From Styela clava (lineage: Eukaryota): a DNA stretch of 64,000 nucleotides. The stretch covers positions 10,602,001 through 10,666,000 of the forward strand of contig NC_135261.1 of assembly GCF_964204865.1 (NCBI RefSeq). Reading direction: 5' to 3'. The notes under the pieces were generated by a model that was not told where the DNA came from, ran no database searches, and was given only the letters and a program-made list of their open reading frames with translations. The translations under genes and the position numbers were made by a program. This document shows positions 12,329 through 24,005 of this stretch, piece after piece. The first letter of the stretch is position 1. The number at the start of each line of letters is the position of its first letter.

Positions 12329-13591
12329 TGGAGACCCTAAAGCCGATGATCAATCTGTTGGGGTAGCTTTGCTCGTACTGGAGAGCCTTCTAATGGGTTA
12401 GAAAACTCTCTTGGAGATTTTCCTGACTGGTAACAGTATTCGTCACCATCAATGACGAAGCGGAAGTATCCTCGAAACAATTTTCAGGAGATGATTCATG
12501 ATTTTGATTAAGGTGAACTTAGGATGATTAATTTGCCAATAATTAAATTATGAATTGAAATACATATTTATAACTGAACGTATTTGCAATCGTAGAGGTA
12601 GAAATTAATAACATACATATATTCGATTTAGCAAAAAAATAAATATGACCAACATGTCCTTATAATATCCTGGGCATCATTTTTTTTTATCGTCACTTTT
12701 CAATTCCCCAAGTTTTACGTTAACTTAAAATAACCAAATCGGTCTGACTTTAGCACATTGTACAGTTTTACTATCAACTGCCGAGCAGGATAATGGTGTT
12801 CAGCACAACACCATCGTCGGCAATATACTGTGTGAAGGCATGCATCTTTCAAAAATCCCATATTTTATTTCACCAAAGACCAAAATTTGATGGAAAATCC
12901 AATTTTTAAAAAATTAAGTTAAAATTTAAATTAATCTAAATTAAGAAATGAAGACCTAAAATTGAACATTTCATATGACATTGAATTATTTTGCACAAAT
13001 CCTGGAATAACATAATATACATATGTACGATTCATAACATGCATTAAGTGGCAAAACTGTTCTAATCATACAATATTAAATAGCTGATCCCACCTTTGGG
13101 GGTAGCCCACAGAATTTCTTTATTATTTCTCCTTTTTTAAGGGCTGATCCAAAGATGTCTAACTTGATTATCCGTTCATTTTGTAGTTTACAGGTGGCAA
13201 GAGTTATAGCTTGCATATTTTAAAATCGTTTAAATCTTCTAAACCATTTCATGATTTTTTTACACGAAGTAACAACAAACCATGACTGGGAAAGTCTGCG
13301 AATCAAAGCTCCGGAAGGGTGAAATTGAGGGAAGGGTACGAGCAGGATATATGTGACTTGTGGGAAGGTATAGGATTCTGTATGGATTCAATACTGTTAC
13401 CGACAACAACAGATACCGTAGTTGATGTAGAACGGATCCACCGATTCACCGAACGGATTCGGACAGGCCGAACGGATTCACCGATTTTCACAACGAGTAA
13501 TGCAAGATCAGACTCTCAACATTCATTTATTTTTATTTTTTCCTGCCTGCTTTCACTTTTATGGTTGAACTTGAATGTCCAGGAAGAATAA
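12329..13591 (+). pseudogene. Decayed duplicate of esterase exons 10-11 (U2)
   Basis: Homologous to 6040-6734. It has a 22-nt deletion (gaaaaccaatttagtacttact), CCA>TAA, a +1 frameshift near the start of the last exon, a local duplication of gaacggat(c/t)caccgatt, and no upstream exons. Confidence 0.9.
12606..13170. mobile_element. About 565-bp insertion (MITE-like, degenerate ends) in the duplicated esterase intron 10, present in U2-U7
   Basis: U1 reads gtagaaATccgttc; U2 reads gtagaaATtaataac...acttgattATccgttc. The two ends are weakly inverted-similar (taataacatacatatattcgatttagc vs taatcaagttagacatctttggatcagc). Confidence 0.5.
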
Positions 13592-14433
13592 CCTATTATA
13601 TTGATAACTGATAATAATACGTCTTTTGGCTTAAATATATTATTTAATTACCTCATTAATTAATTACCTTTTCTTTAATGTACTTTATTTCAGCTATCTG
13701 AGAATCACTCTACAATACATGAACTAACAACCTCTATTGACTTGAATAAAATACACGCAGTCAATACATCTTGCTATATGAAATCCTATTTCATAAATAT
13801 ATATACCAAATAGGCTATGATGGATGCTTACCTGCCCTTTCACCCCAATTAATTCATTTATATATTTTACCATATTTCCATGCATATTTTGAGGTTGTTT
13901 TTTCGAGTTGCGCCTAAAAGTGGTTTGCGTGTTTAAAACTATAATTTCACATGACATTTAACGGTATTAATTCCGAATGTCAACCCAGGTAGATCCAAAT
14001 TTTAACTTCGTTCCATGACTCCAATATTAGGAAATCGTTTGGGTTACTACTGTTTGATGAATAAAGTTGAATAAAATCCAGAAAAACACATTTAGTGTTA
14101 CAACAACGTACAATGTTTTTGAAATTTGTTCCGGAGAATACAAGCAAACGAACAGTAACCCCAACACCTGTTTTGCATAGTCGTTCCCGAAGTTGGCGAT
14201 TAATCATCAGTGGCTTTAAAAAACTATAATGACGTCATATTGGATATAACGCATTGAGCCAAATAAAAAAATAACGTTGTACTTAAGTTTTCAATTTGTA
14301 AACTGAATTTATTAAGATCGGATGCTCTTGATTCTTCTGATTATATTCTCCAAGTTTTTGTTACTCTAAGTTTAGGTAATGTTTCCTAATTATCAATAAA
14401 ATACCAGTCTTTCGAAACAGGAATGTACTAGAG

Positions 14434-15281
14434 CAGGCGTCAGCCTACGGCCCGCGGGCCAGATCCTGTCCGCGGAGTAAAATAATCCAGCACGCGATTC
14501 TTTACTGAATTATAGAAATCGGCTGTTTTGATGATTATATTCTTTACGTAACAGAATTTATTTTAAGTCACGTGTAGACTAATTTATACTATAACCTAAC
14601 AAGTAAATAAGTAGGCTACTCGTTTATTAATTATAATTAGACAAATGGCAACAAACCGCAGAATAGTTTATGCTAAGTGCAAAGGGGTCAATGGCGCAGA
14701 AAATATTTAAATGAATTTTATTGAGATGAAGAAATAAATTTATATTCCTTTTTAAGAAATGTATCTTTGCTTGATTTTTATAAAAAAGTAACTTCTTGAA
14801 AGAAAACCTTACCCCAATTTGAGTGACAAATCATGCGAATAACTTTCTATCGATGTTTGGAAGTACATATGTACGCGAACAATTATTTCAGAAAACGAAC
14901 ATTACAAAGAACAAGCTGAGAATTCGGATTAGTGATGCCCATTTATAAAATGTTTTTATCTTGGCTTCATTCAGTGTCCCATTCAGAAAACGTTTCCCAT
15001 TCAGTGACGTTGAAAACGTATTAAGCGGGTTGCAACAAAAAGTGTCACATTAAATGTCATTTGTAATTTTTCTTCTCAAGTAAAACGATTAAGTTGAGTT
15101 CACGAGTTGTCGCAGTCTTCGCACGCTGCTTAAATCCTAAAATGTCAACATCTGATCTGATCAAAAAATTGCGATTAATCGGCCATACCTTCGGTTTTTA
15201 ACTTTCTAAAAATATGTGACACCCAACAAGATTCGCAACCTTTAGTTTTGGTCCGCGAGCGACAAAAGGTTGCCGACATCA
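14434..15281 (+). mobile_element. Degenerate non-autonomous hAT (Charlie/SPIN/Buster-like) element; also at about 22498-23345, 33565-34412, 44632-45479, 52709-53556, 60774-61621
   Basis: Left end cagg(g/c)gtcagcctacggcccgcgggccagatcc; right end ttgg(c/t)ccgcgagcgacaaaaggttgccgac. An internal relic translates LSMFGSTYVREQLFQKTNITKNKLRIRISDAHL*NV, resembling the hAT C-terminal dimerisation region. No clean TSD. Confidence 0.75.
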
Positions 15282-15941
15282 TAAAGTTTTCTTATATGGT
15301 GCACAAATATCACCAGTATGTTATTAAGATATACTAATTGTGGAATTTGGCAATAATATGATTGTCCTGAGACATTCTTTTTAATATAATTCCATTTCTC
15401 ATTCAACATTTGTCATTTCTGAACCTAACAATTTGACCTGTATTTCCCATTTTGATTTCTTGTGCATCGCTCAGAGTTTCATCTCAAGTTATCAATTTTT
15501 AGAAGTACAATTTCAATGAGAAGTTTGAAAGTATCGGTTGTGCTATAATAGGGATTTGGGAAATGAATTTTCGGCACAACAGCTTTTTCTACTATTTGCA
15601 CCCTGGCGTTACCGGGTCGCAAATAAAGGAGGTTACAAGGAGTATGAAGCATGCATGTTGAAAAATAAAGCGCCTTGTGCTTTGCGAAGTATGTAACTGA
15701 TGTTATTGCGTGATACAATTTTACATGTAAATGTATAGAAATAGTGTTCAATCCACACGTACTTTCAAATCCCGGTCACCAAAGATGCCTCTAACCACAT
15801 TATAACACTTCTATTTGCATTTGCTTAGAATTTATTGTCAATATCAGCAGATGGCAAAGGCAATTGGCATAAATTCATCAGCCTAATCTAAAACTAAGAT
15901 ATTTCCATGGTCGTTTGTCGTTCGGTTGATGTCGGCGGTGT

Positions 15942-18589
15942 TTATATACATCTGACATATCTGAAGCATCCGTCATACTTGACAATGCGGTAGGATTTGT
16001 ACGTGCTGAAATAGGATTATGTTAAACAGGAAAAACTCTGATTCAATTCAATTACAAAACTAACTAAGACTTACCAGAATTGCTTGTAAGCAAAGCAATA
16101 AGAAGAAGACGTGGGCAACACGCATCGATAATTATAGGTGATCTTAAGTTCTCGAAGTTGCACACAGTATGTACATTTGAATCCACAAGCATAATGCTCC
16201 TTCAGATCACTGAGATGTTTCCCCCAGTCTTGTTCAATCTTGGTCACTATGTCGGTGTGTTCTTTCTTCGTTTTCTCTTCGTAGGCGTTGTACAATTTTT
16301 GAGCTTCGTTGCCGAGTGGTTTGCCCATATAAAATTCAAGCAGTTTCAAATACTGTTCCGTTCTGAGTTGGGCAATCTAAACATTTTTGCAAGAATTATA
16401 TAAATATAAATACATATTTTAAACAAAATGTCACGCTGTCAACCTTTTCCAATCTCTCTGTAATGCATTTCAGTCTTCTTTCAAACCGTTCCGATAAGCA
16501 CTTTACATAGCTTTCGATCTTTGTCTTTCTGGTAGATAGGCATGTTGCATATTGTGCAACATATTTGGCAATTCGCTCATTGAGCCTTTGCTCGTGGCAA
16601 CCAATCATGTCAGTGTATGCCTTGGAAGCGCGAGAAAGGCGCTCCCCAAGCTTTTTTTCATACTCTGCAATCGCTTTTTTCTTTTGTTCGTCCAATGATT
16701 TCTGATATTCTTCTAGGGAAGTCAAGTTATCTGCTGTGATGCAATTGTTTCTGGAAATATAAAGAGCAACTGAGCCAAATGACATCTTATGATATACTTA
16801 TTCACCGTGACACTTACTGTACTAAGTAATTTGCTTTATAATACGTTATCAAACATTTGTGTCTCTCATCAACAATCTTTTTGAAAGACTCCAATGCCTT
16901 CTGATTAGTTATTTTTGCTTGCGCATACCAATCATCATATGTTTTCTTCATGGATTCAATTATTGTCTTAGCTTTATTATCAAGGTCTTCTTTGAATTTT
17001 TGTTCGGTGATATTAACTTCATCTTAAGTGTAATAAAAACATTAAATTCAGTGAAACATAAAGACAATTGAGCAAACGTTTTAGGACTTGCACTAACCGG
17101 TTACACATTTTTTCAGCTCCTTGTATTTGATTGTCCTGTATTGAAATTTGTAGGTCAAGAAACGGAAGCAACTTCTTTGGGTAGTAATTTTGTACGTCCA
17201 CCATTTCCCGATACTTCGACTATAAAGAAAAAACCAAGAGTAGAATTATATTGATATATACTATTTACCTGCCATTTATTTATAATTACCAATTGGTGTA
17301 AAATTGACTTCTGCCAAAACAGAGAGTTCCGCCGTATGCGCACTGATAAGCGCATGCGTAGCTTTTTACAAGTTCTCCGATAGCTGCAGTTAGCTTCGCG
17401 GTGTATTCGTCCAACTGTGTTTGATATGATAAAGTTTCTTTAGTTTTGAAAGCCTCCAAAACTGCATTAACGTCTGCTCCGTTCCAATCCTCAGAACCTA
17501 AATGTAAAGTTCCATTATGAATAAAAGTATGTGCAAAATTCGAAAGAATAGAAAAAACTTACAATGGGCTCTGTATATGAGTTTTTGGAACACTTCAGAT
17601 CTTTGTTTTACGATGGCTTCCATGACACATTTATATTTTGTCTCGTACTCTGTCACGCGCTTTTCGAGAGCTTTTTTGTATTCTTCTATTTTAGCTAAAC
17701 GAGTGGTGAAGCATGTAACAGACCTGAAATAAGAAAGGTTCGAATTTTAGTTCTCTTGTAAACGGACTTTTAAACTTACAGTAACTCACCTCTCGACAAG
17801 TTTTTCGTGATATTCCAGCACACAAGCGTATCTTTTCTTCATGTCATCGTTATAATTTTTTTTTGCTTCTTCCAACAATGAATCTAGTTTTGTATTATAA
17901 TTTTCAATAGCCTTCTTGTTGGTCTCCTTCATTTCTTCTGACTCTTCCTGCAATCCCGTAATTCTAAAAATTCACGATGTTAGTAATTTGAGTAGGAAAA
18001 GAATACGTAAGAAAGAATTGTAAGAAGAAATACAAACTTCAAATACTGCTTTGTATATTCCTCGATAGCGTCTTCGTGCTTTGTCTTTGCCTCGGTATTT
18101 TGATTTGTTGCAGTTTCAACCCAATCTTCATATTTTTGTTGCATATCAAGATATATTTTATCGGCCACTTCTTTCAATTGTTTTTTAACTTCAGTTTCAA
18201 AAACGGCGACCGTCATCTCTATAATACAAAAAATCATGCCTCAAAATGTGTGTTTCTCAAATTATTCAGAAAAACATACAATTCAGAATTACCTTCGAAT
18301 CCATCCTCTGTGCATTTCTCTCCTGGATAGCTCTTCAGAACATTAGAGTAATATTTCGTTGTGAACCAAGCAGGACAGTAGTAGCTTCGGAAACTGTAGC
18401 ATCCGTAATTGATTCGGTAAAATTGTCCGACATTGTAAGTAACATATCCACAATGACTCGGTTGGTATAGAGCGGCATTGGCAACCTGTAAACAATATAA
18501 TTTAGGCAAAATTGATAAAAAGAAACGAAGGGCACTATTTATCAAATACTTACGGCCAAACAGCCTAGAAGTAACAATAAAATCTTCAT
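15942..18589 (-). CDS. Uncharacterised secreted 650-aa helical/coiled-coil, Tyr/Cys-rich protein, copy 2 (11 exons)
   Basis: Begins MKILLLLLGCLA|VANAALYQPSHCGY (signal peptide) and ends CTYKSYRIVKYDGCFRYVRCI*. Same GT-AG junctions as copy 1, TGG at the exon-6 position, no stop or frameshift seen. Confidence 0.85.
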
Positions 18590-20384
18590 GATCGTCTTTA
18601 TTCAGGTTGTTGAACAACGACTTGTCGAATCCCTGTTGTGCGCTTGTATATATGGGATTTTCTTCCCTCTCTTCAAAATCCAAGTACCAGCTCCTTTATG
18701 TTTTAATGTTACTTTAGTGAGCTCTTATCTCGACCACAATGATTGAAATTGTCAGAAGCGCAACAAATGTTTACCTCGAATCGCTATGCCGTAGTTATAA
18801 CAGAAAGTTCAGTTTATTTCATTTAAATCTTCCATCATTGTGCATTTAGTAAAAAGGTAATTGTTAATTAATCTTTTTATTGTGAAGTACATTATTTTTC
18901 AACTAACAAGATACCACTTCGACATAGCTATTCACTTCATAAGTACGCATTGTTTATATAAATATAACTTCAGGGTTGAAGATAGTTAGTCAATAGCTAT
19001 TACATCCAATTGAACAGCATTACTAAAAAAATAGAAGTTTTTCAACAACACTTTATTTTTATTATTCACTCTTTGGTATACGCATACAATTGTTTTAACA
19101 GCAAAATGTACGACTTTTGAATCATAGATTTATTGACGTTCTCATGCTTGACAGCGTCAATCAATCAGAAAAAATTCCTGATCATATAAGCATTAACAAT
19201 GTATTTGGAATAGCCATAATGAATGGACACTGTAATATGAGTTATTCGGACATGGATTGTGCACACGAAGAATATTTCACTCGTTGTCAGTGGTATTGGA
19301 GTTGGGAATTATCTTTTCACCTCCAAAATGATAAATCGGAAATTGGTGTAGAATACTCCAATTAATTTAAAAATGAATTTTATGTTCTGTTTAATTGCTG
19401 GCATTTAAACATATATATATCTAACGCCAACGACAACCTCTAAATGAAAAGATAACGATTGTATTAATATCGGGATCGACTCAAAACAGGATTATACAGA
19501 ACTCGACGACGTTCGTCGACAACACCAATAAAGTCGAAATATCCAGTTTCATAACGTTTCGTCATAGGTCTCAAAGTCGAAAATTTTATTTCCGAATTCG
19601 GAATTCTCAAAACATTCGAATCCTACTTCAATATGATAAAGTTGGAAAGTACTAAATTTTTTTAGTGTATTTCCATCATATTCAAAGCAAAAACACAAAA
19701 TGTTGAGTTATAAATTATATTTTTAATCAAGAGCTGTCATATCCGTATAAATAATATCACAAATAAACCATTTGTTTTTGACGAAGCACTTATATCCTTA
19801 TGTTAGAACAAGCAGTATATTTTGCATATTCGTATGCAAGTAAAACGTTGATGTTTCGATAGATTGATTGACGTTGTCATTCTCCGAGAATACTGAATCC
19901 CAAAAGAATATTTCAACTACTTACCTAGCATCTAGTGGACAGTCTCATATCGGGCGCCTTTAAATATATGGACTTCAAGATATTTTTTTGTAATTCGAAA
20001 CAAATTTCCAAACATCATCAATATTTCCCGGATTCTCCTCATGCATAAATATTTCTATTTCTGAAAATATTCAATATGCTAATGTGCAGCTCGACTTTTG
20101 ACGCGCGTCAAATATTGTTTGACAACGTCAATCAAACAAAACATGTCATTGTTTAGATAATAGATGCTCAAAAATTGTAAGCAAAACAATGTTTGTGATT
20201 ACACCCTGTAGGAAGTGGATAATTGAGAACCGAAGATCAGCCATCATCAGAATTTGTTAAAACTCGTCAGTTGTCAAATATCATATTAATTAAAAGGCTA
20301 TATCATGATATTAGTTCATGAAATGGTTTATTTTTACTGCCTAATAACCGGTAACCAAGACTGAAACAAGCAAATTAAATTCAG

Positions 20385-21639
20385 AGGAAACCCTACAGAC
20401 GACGATCAATCTGTTGGGGTAGCTTTGCTCGTACTGGAGAGCCTGCTGATGGGTTAGAAAACTCTCTTGGAGATTTTCCTGACTGGTAACAGTATTCGTC
20501 ACCATCTATGACAAAGCGGTATCTCGAAAGTATCCTCGAAACAATTTTCAGGGGATGAATCAGAATTTTGATTAAGGTGAACTTATGATGAATAATTTGC
20601 CAATAATTAAATCATGAATTGAAATACATATTTATAACTGAACGTATTTGCAATCGTAGAGGTAGAAATTAATAACATACATATATTCAATTTAGAAAAA
20701 AAAAGGTTATGACCAACATGTCCTCATAATATCCTGAGCATCATTTTTTTTATCGTCACTTTTCAATTCCCCAAGTTTTACGTTAACTTAAAATAACCAA
20801 ATCGGTCTGACTTTAGCACATTGTACAGTTATACTATCAACTGCCGAGCAGGATAATGGTGTTCAGCACAACACCATCGTCGGCAATATATTGTGTGCAG
20901 GCATGCATCTTTCAAAAATCCCATATTTTATTTCACCAAAGACCAAAATTTGATGAAAAATCCGATTTGTTAAAAAATCATCTAAATTAAGAAATGAAGA
21001 CCTAAAATTGAACATTTCATATGGCATTGAATTATTTCGCACAAATCCTGGAATAACATAATATAAATATGTACGATTCATAACATGCATTAAGTGGGAA
21101 AACTGTTCTAATCATAAAATATTAAATAGCTGATCCCACCTTTGGGGGTAGCCCACAGAATTTCTTTATTATTTCTCCTTTTTTTTTTGGGCTGATCCAA
21201 AGATGTCTATCTTGATTATCCGTTCATGTTGTAGTTTACAGGTGGCAAGAGTTATAGCTTGCATATTCTAAAATCGTTTAAATCTTCTGAACCATTTCAT
21301 GATTTTTTTACACGAAGTAACAACAAACCATGACTGGGAAAGTCTGCGAATCAAAGCTCCGGAAGGGTGAAATTGAGGGAAGGGTACGAGCAGGATATAT
21401 GTGACTTGTGGGAAGGTATAGGATTCTGTATGGATTCAATACTGTTACCGACAACAACAGATACCGTAGTTGATGTAGAACGGATCCACCGATTCACCGA
21501 ACGGATTCGGACAGGCCGAACGGATTCACCGATTTTCACAACGAGTAATGCAAGATCAGACTCTCAACATTCATTTATTTTTATTTTTTCCTGCCTGCTT
21601 TCACTTTTATGGTTGAACTTGAATGTCCAGGAAGAATAA
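20385..21639 (+). pseudogene. Decayed esterase exons 10-11 (U3)
   Basis: Same lesions as U2. Confidence 0.9.
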
Positions 21640-24005
21640 CCTATTATATTGATAACTGATAATAATACGTCTTTTGGCTTAAATATATTATTTAATTACC
21701 TCATTAATTAATTACCTTTTCTTTAATGTACTTTATTTCAGCTATCTGAGAATCACTCTACAATACATGAACTAACAACCTCTATTGACTTGAATAAAAT
21801 ACACGCAGTCAATACATCTTGCTATATGAAATCCTATTTCATAAATATATATACCAAATAGGCAATGATGGATGCTTACCTGCCCTTTCACCCCAATTAA
21901 TTCATTTATATATTTTACTATATTTCCATGCATATTTTGAGGTTGTTTTTTCGAGTTGCGCCTAAAAGTGGTTTGCGTGTTTAAAACTATAATTTCACAT
22001 GACATTTAACGGTATTAATTCCGAATGTTAACCCAGGTAGATCCAAATTTTAACTTCGTTCCATGACTCCAATATTAGGAAATCGTTGCGTCTTCAAAAA
22101 GTTTGGGTTACTACTGTTTGATGAATAAAGTTGAATAAAATCCAGAAAAACATATTTAGTGTTACAACAACGTACAATGTTTTTGAAATTTGTTCCGGAG
22201 AATACAAGCAAACGAACAGTAACCCCAACACCTGTTTTGCATAGTCATTCCCGAAGTTGGCGATTAATCATCAGTGGCTTTAAAAAACTATAATGACGTC
22301 ATATTGGATATAACGCATTGAGCCAAATAAAAAAATAACGTTGTACTTAAGTTTTCAATTTGTAAACTGAATTTATTAAAATCGGATGCCCTTGATTCTT
22401 CTTATTATATTCTCCAAGTTTTTGTTACTCTAAGTTTAGGTAATGTTTCCTAATTATCAATAAAATACCAGTCTTTCGAAACAGGAATGTACTAGAGCAG
22501 GGGTCAGCCTACGGACCGCGGGCCAGATCCTGTCCGCGGAGTAAAATAATCCAGCACGCGATTCTTTACTGAATTATAGAAATCTGCTGTTTTGATGATT
22601 ATATTCTTTACGTAACAGAATTTATTTTAAGTCACGTGTAGACTAATTTATACTATAACCTAACAAGTAAATAAGTAGGCTACTCGTTTATTAATTATAA
22701 TTAGACAAATGGCAACAAACCGCAGAATAGTTTATGCTAAGTGCAAAGGGTTCAATGGCGCAGAAAATATTTAAATGAATTTTATTGAGATGAAGAAATA
22801 AGTTTATATTCCTTTTTAAGAAATGTATCTTTGCTTGATTTTTATAAAAAAGTATCTTCTTGAAAGAAAACCTTACCCCAATTTGAGTGACAAATCATGC
22901 GAATAACTTTCTATCGATGTTTGGAAGTACATATGTACGCTAACAATTATTTCAGAAAACGAACATTACAAAGAACAAGCTGAGAATTCGGATTAGTGAT
23001 GCCCATTTATAAAATGTTTTTATCTTGGCTTCATTCAGTGTCCCATTCAGAAAACGTTTCCCATTCAGTGACGTTGAAAACGTATTAAGCGGGTTGCAAC
23101 AAAAAGTGTCACATTAAATGTCATTTGTAATTTTTCTTCTCAAGTAAAACGATTAAGTTGAGTTCACGAGTTGTCGCAGTCTTCGCACGCTGCTTAAATC
23201 CTAAAATGTCAACATCTGATCTGATCAAAAAATTGCGATTAATCGGCCATACCTTCGGTTTTTAACTTTCTAAAAATATGTGACACCCAACAAGACTCGC
23301 AACCTTTAGTTTTGGTCCGCGAGCGACAAAAGGTTGCCGACATCATAAAGTTTTCTTATATGGTGCACAAATATCACCAGTATGTTATTAAGATATACTA
23401 ATTGTGGAATTTGGCAATAATATGATTGTTCTGAGACATTCTTTTTAATATATTTCCATTTCTCATCCAACATTTGTCATTTCTGAACCTAACAATTTGA
23501 CCTGTATTTCCCATTTTGATTTCTTGTGCATCGCTCAGAGTTTCATCTCAAGTTATCAATTTTTAGAAGTACAATTTCAATGAGAAGTTTGAAAGTATCG
23601 GTTGTGCTTTAATAGGGATTTGGGAAGTGAATTTTCGGCACAACAGCTTTTTCTACTATTTGCACCCTGGCGTTACCGGGTCGCAAATAAAGGAGGTTAC
23701 AAGGAGTATGAAGCATGCATGTTGAAAAATAAAGCGCCTTGTGCTTTGCGAAGTATGTAACTGATGTTATTGCGTGATACAATTTTACATGTAAATGTAT
23801 AGAAATAGTGTTCAATCCACACGTACTTTCAAATCCCGGTCACTAAGAATGCTTCTAACCACATTATAACACTTCTATTTGCATTTGCTTAGAATTTATT
23901 GTCAATATCAGCAGATGGTAAAGGCAATTGGCATAAATTCATCAGCCTAATCTAAAACTAAGATATTTCCATGGTCGTTTGTCGTTCGGTTGATGTCGGC
24001 GGTGT

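Noticed and set aside
13431-13487. Short gaacggat repeats as a CRISPR-like or regulatory array
   Set aside because: Only three short copies, from a local duplication inside a pseudo-exon, in eukaryotic DNA with no cas genes.
13319-13591. 90-aa ORF MKLREGYEQD... as an independent small membrane protein
   Set aside because: It is the frameshifted esterase last exon, opened at a GTG, with no supported promoter or intact upstream exon.
18234-18683. 149-aa ORF as an alternative N-terminus in copy 2
   Set aside because: A one-base indel in this copy opens read-through across the upstream region and intron 1; only the VANAALY...GFE part is exon 2.
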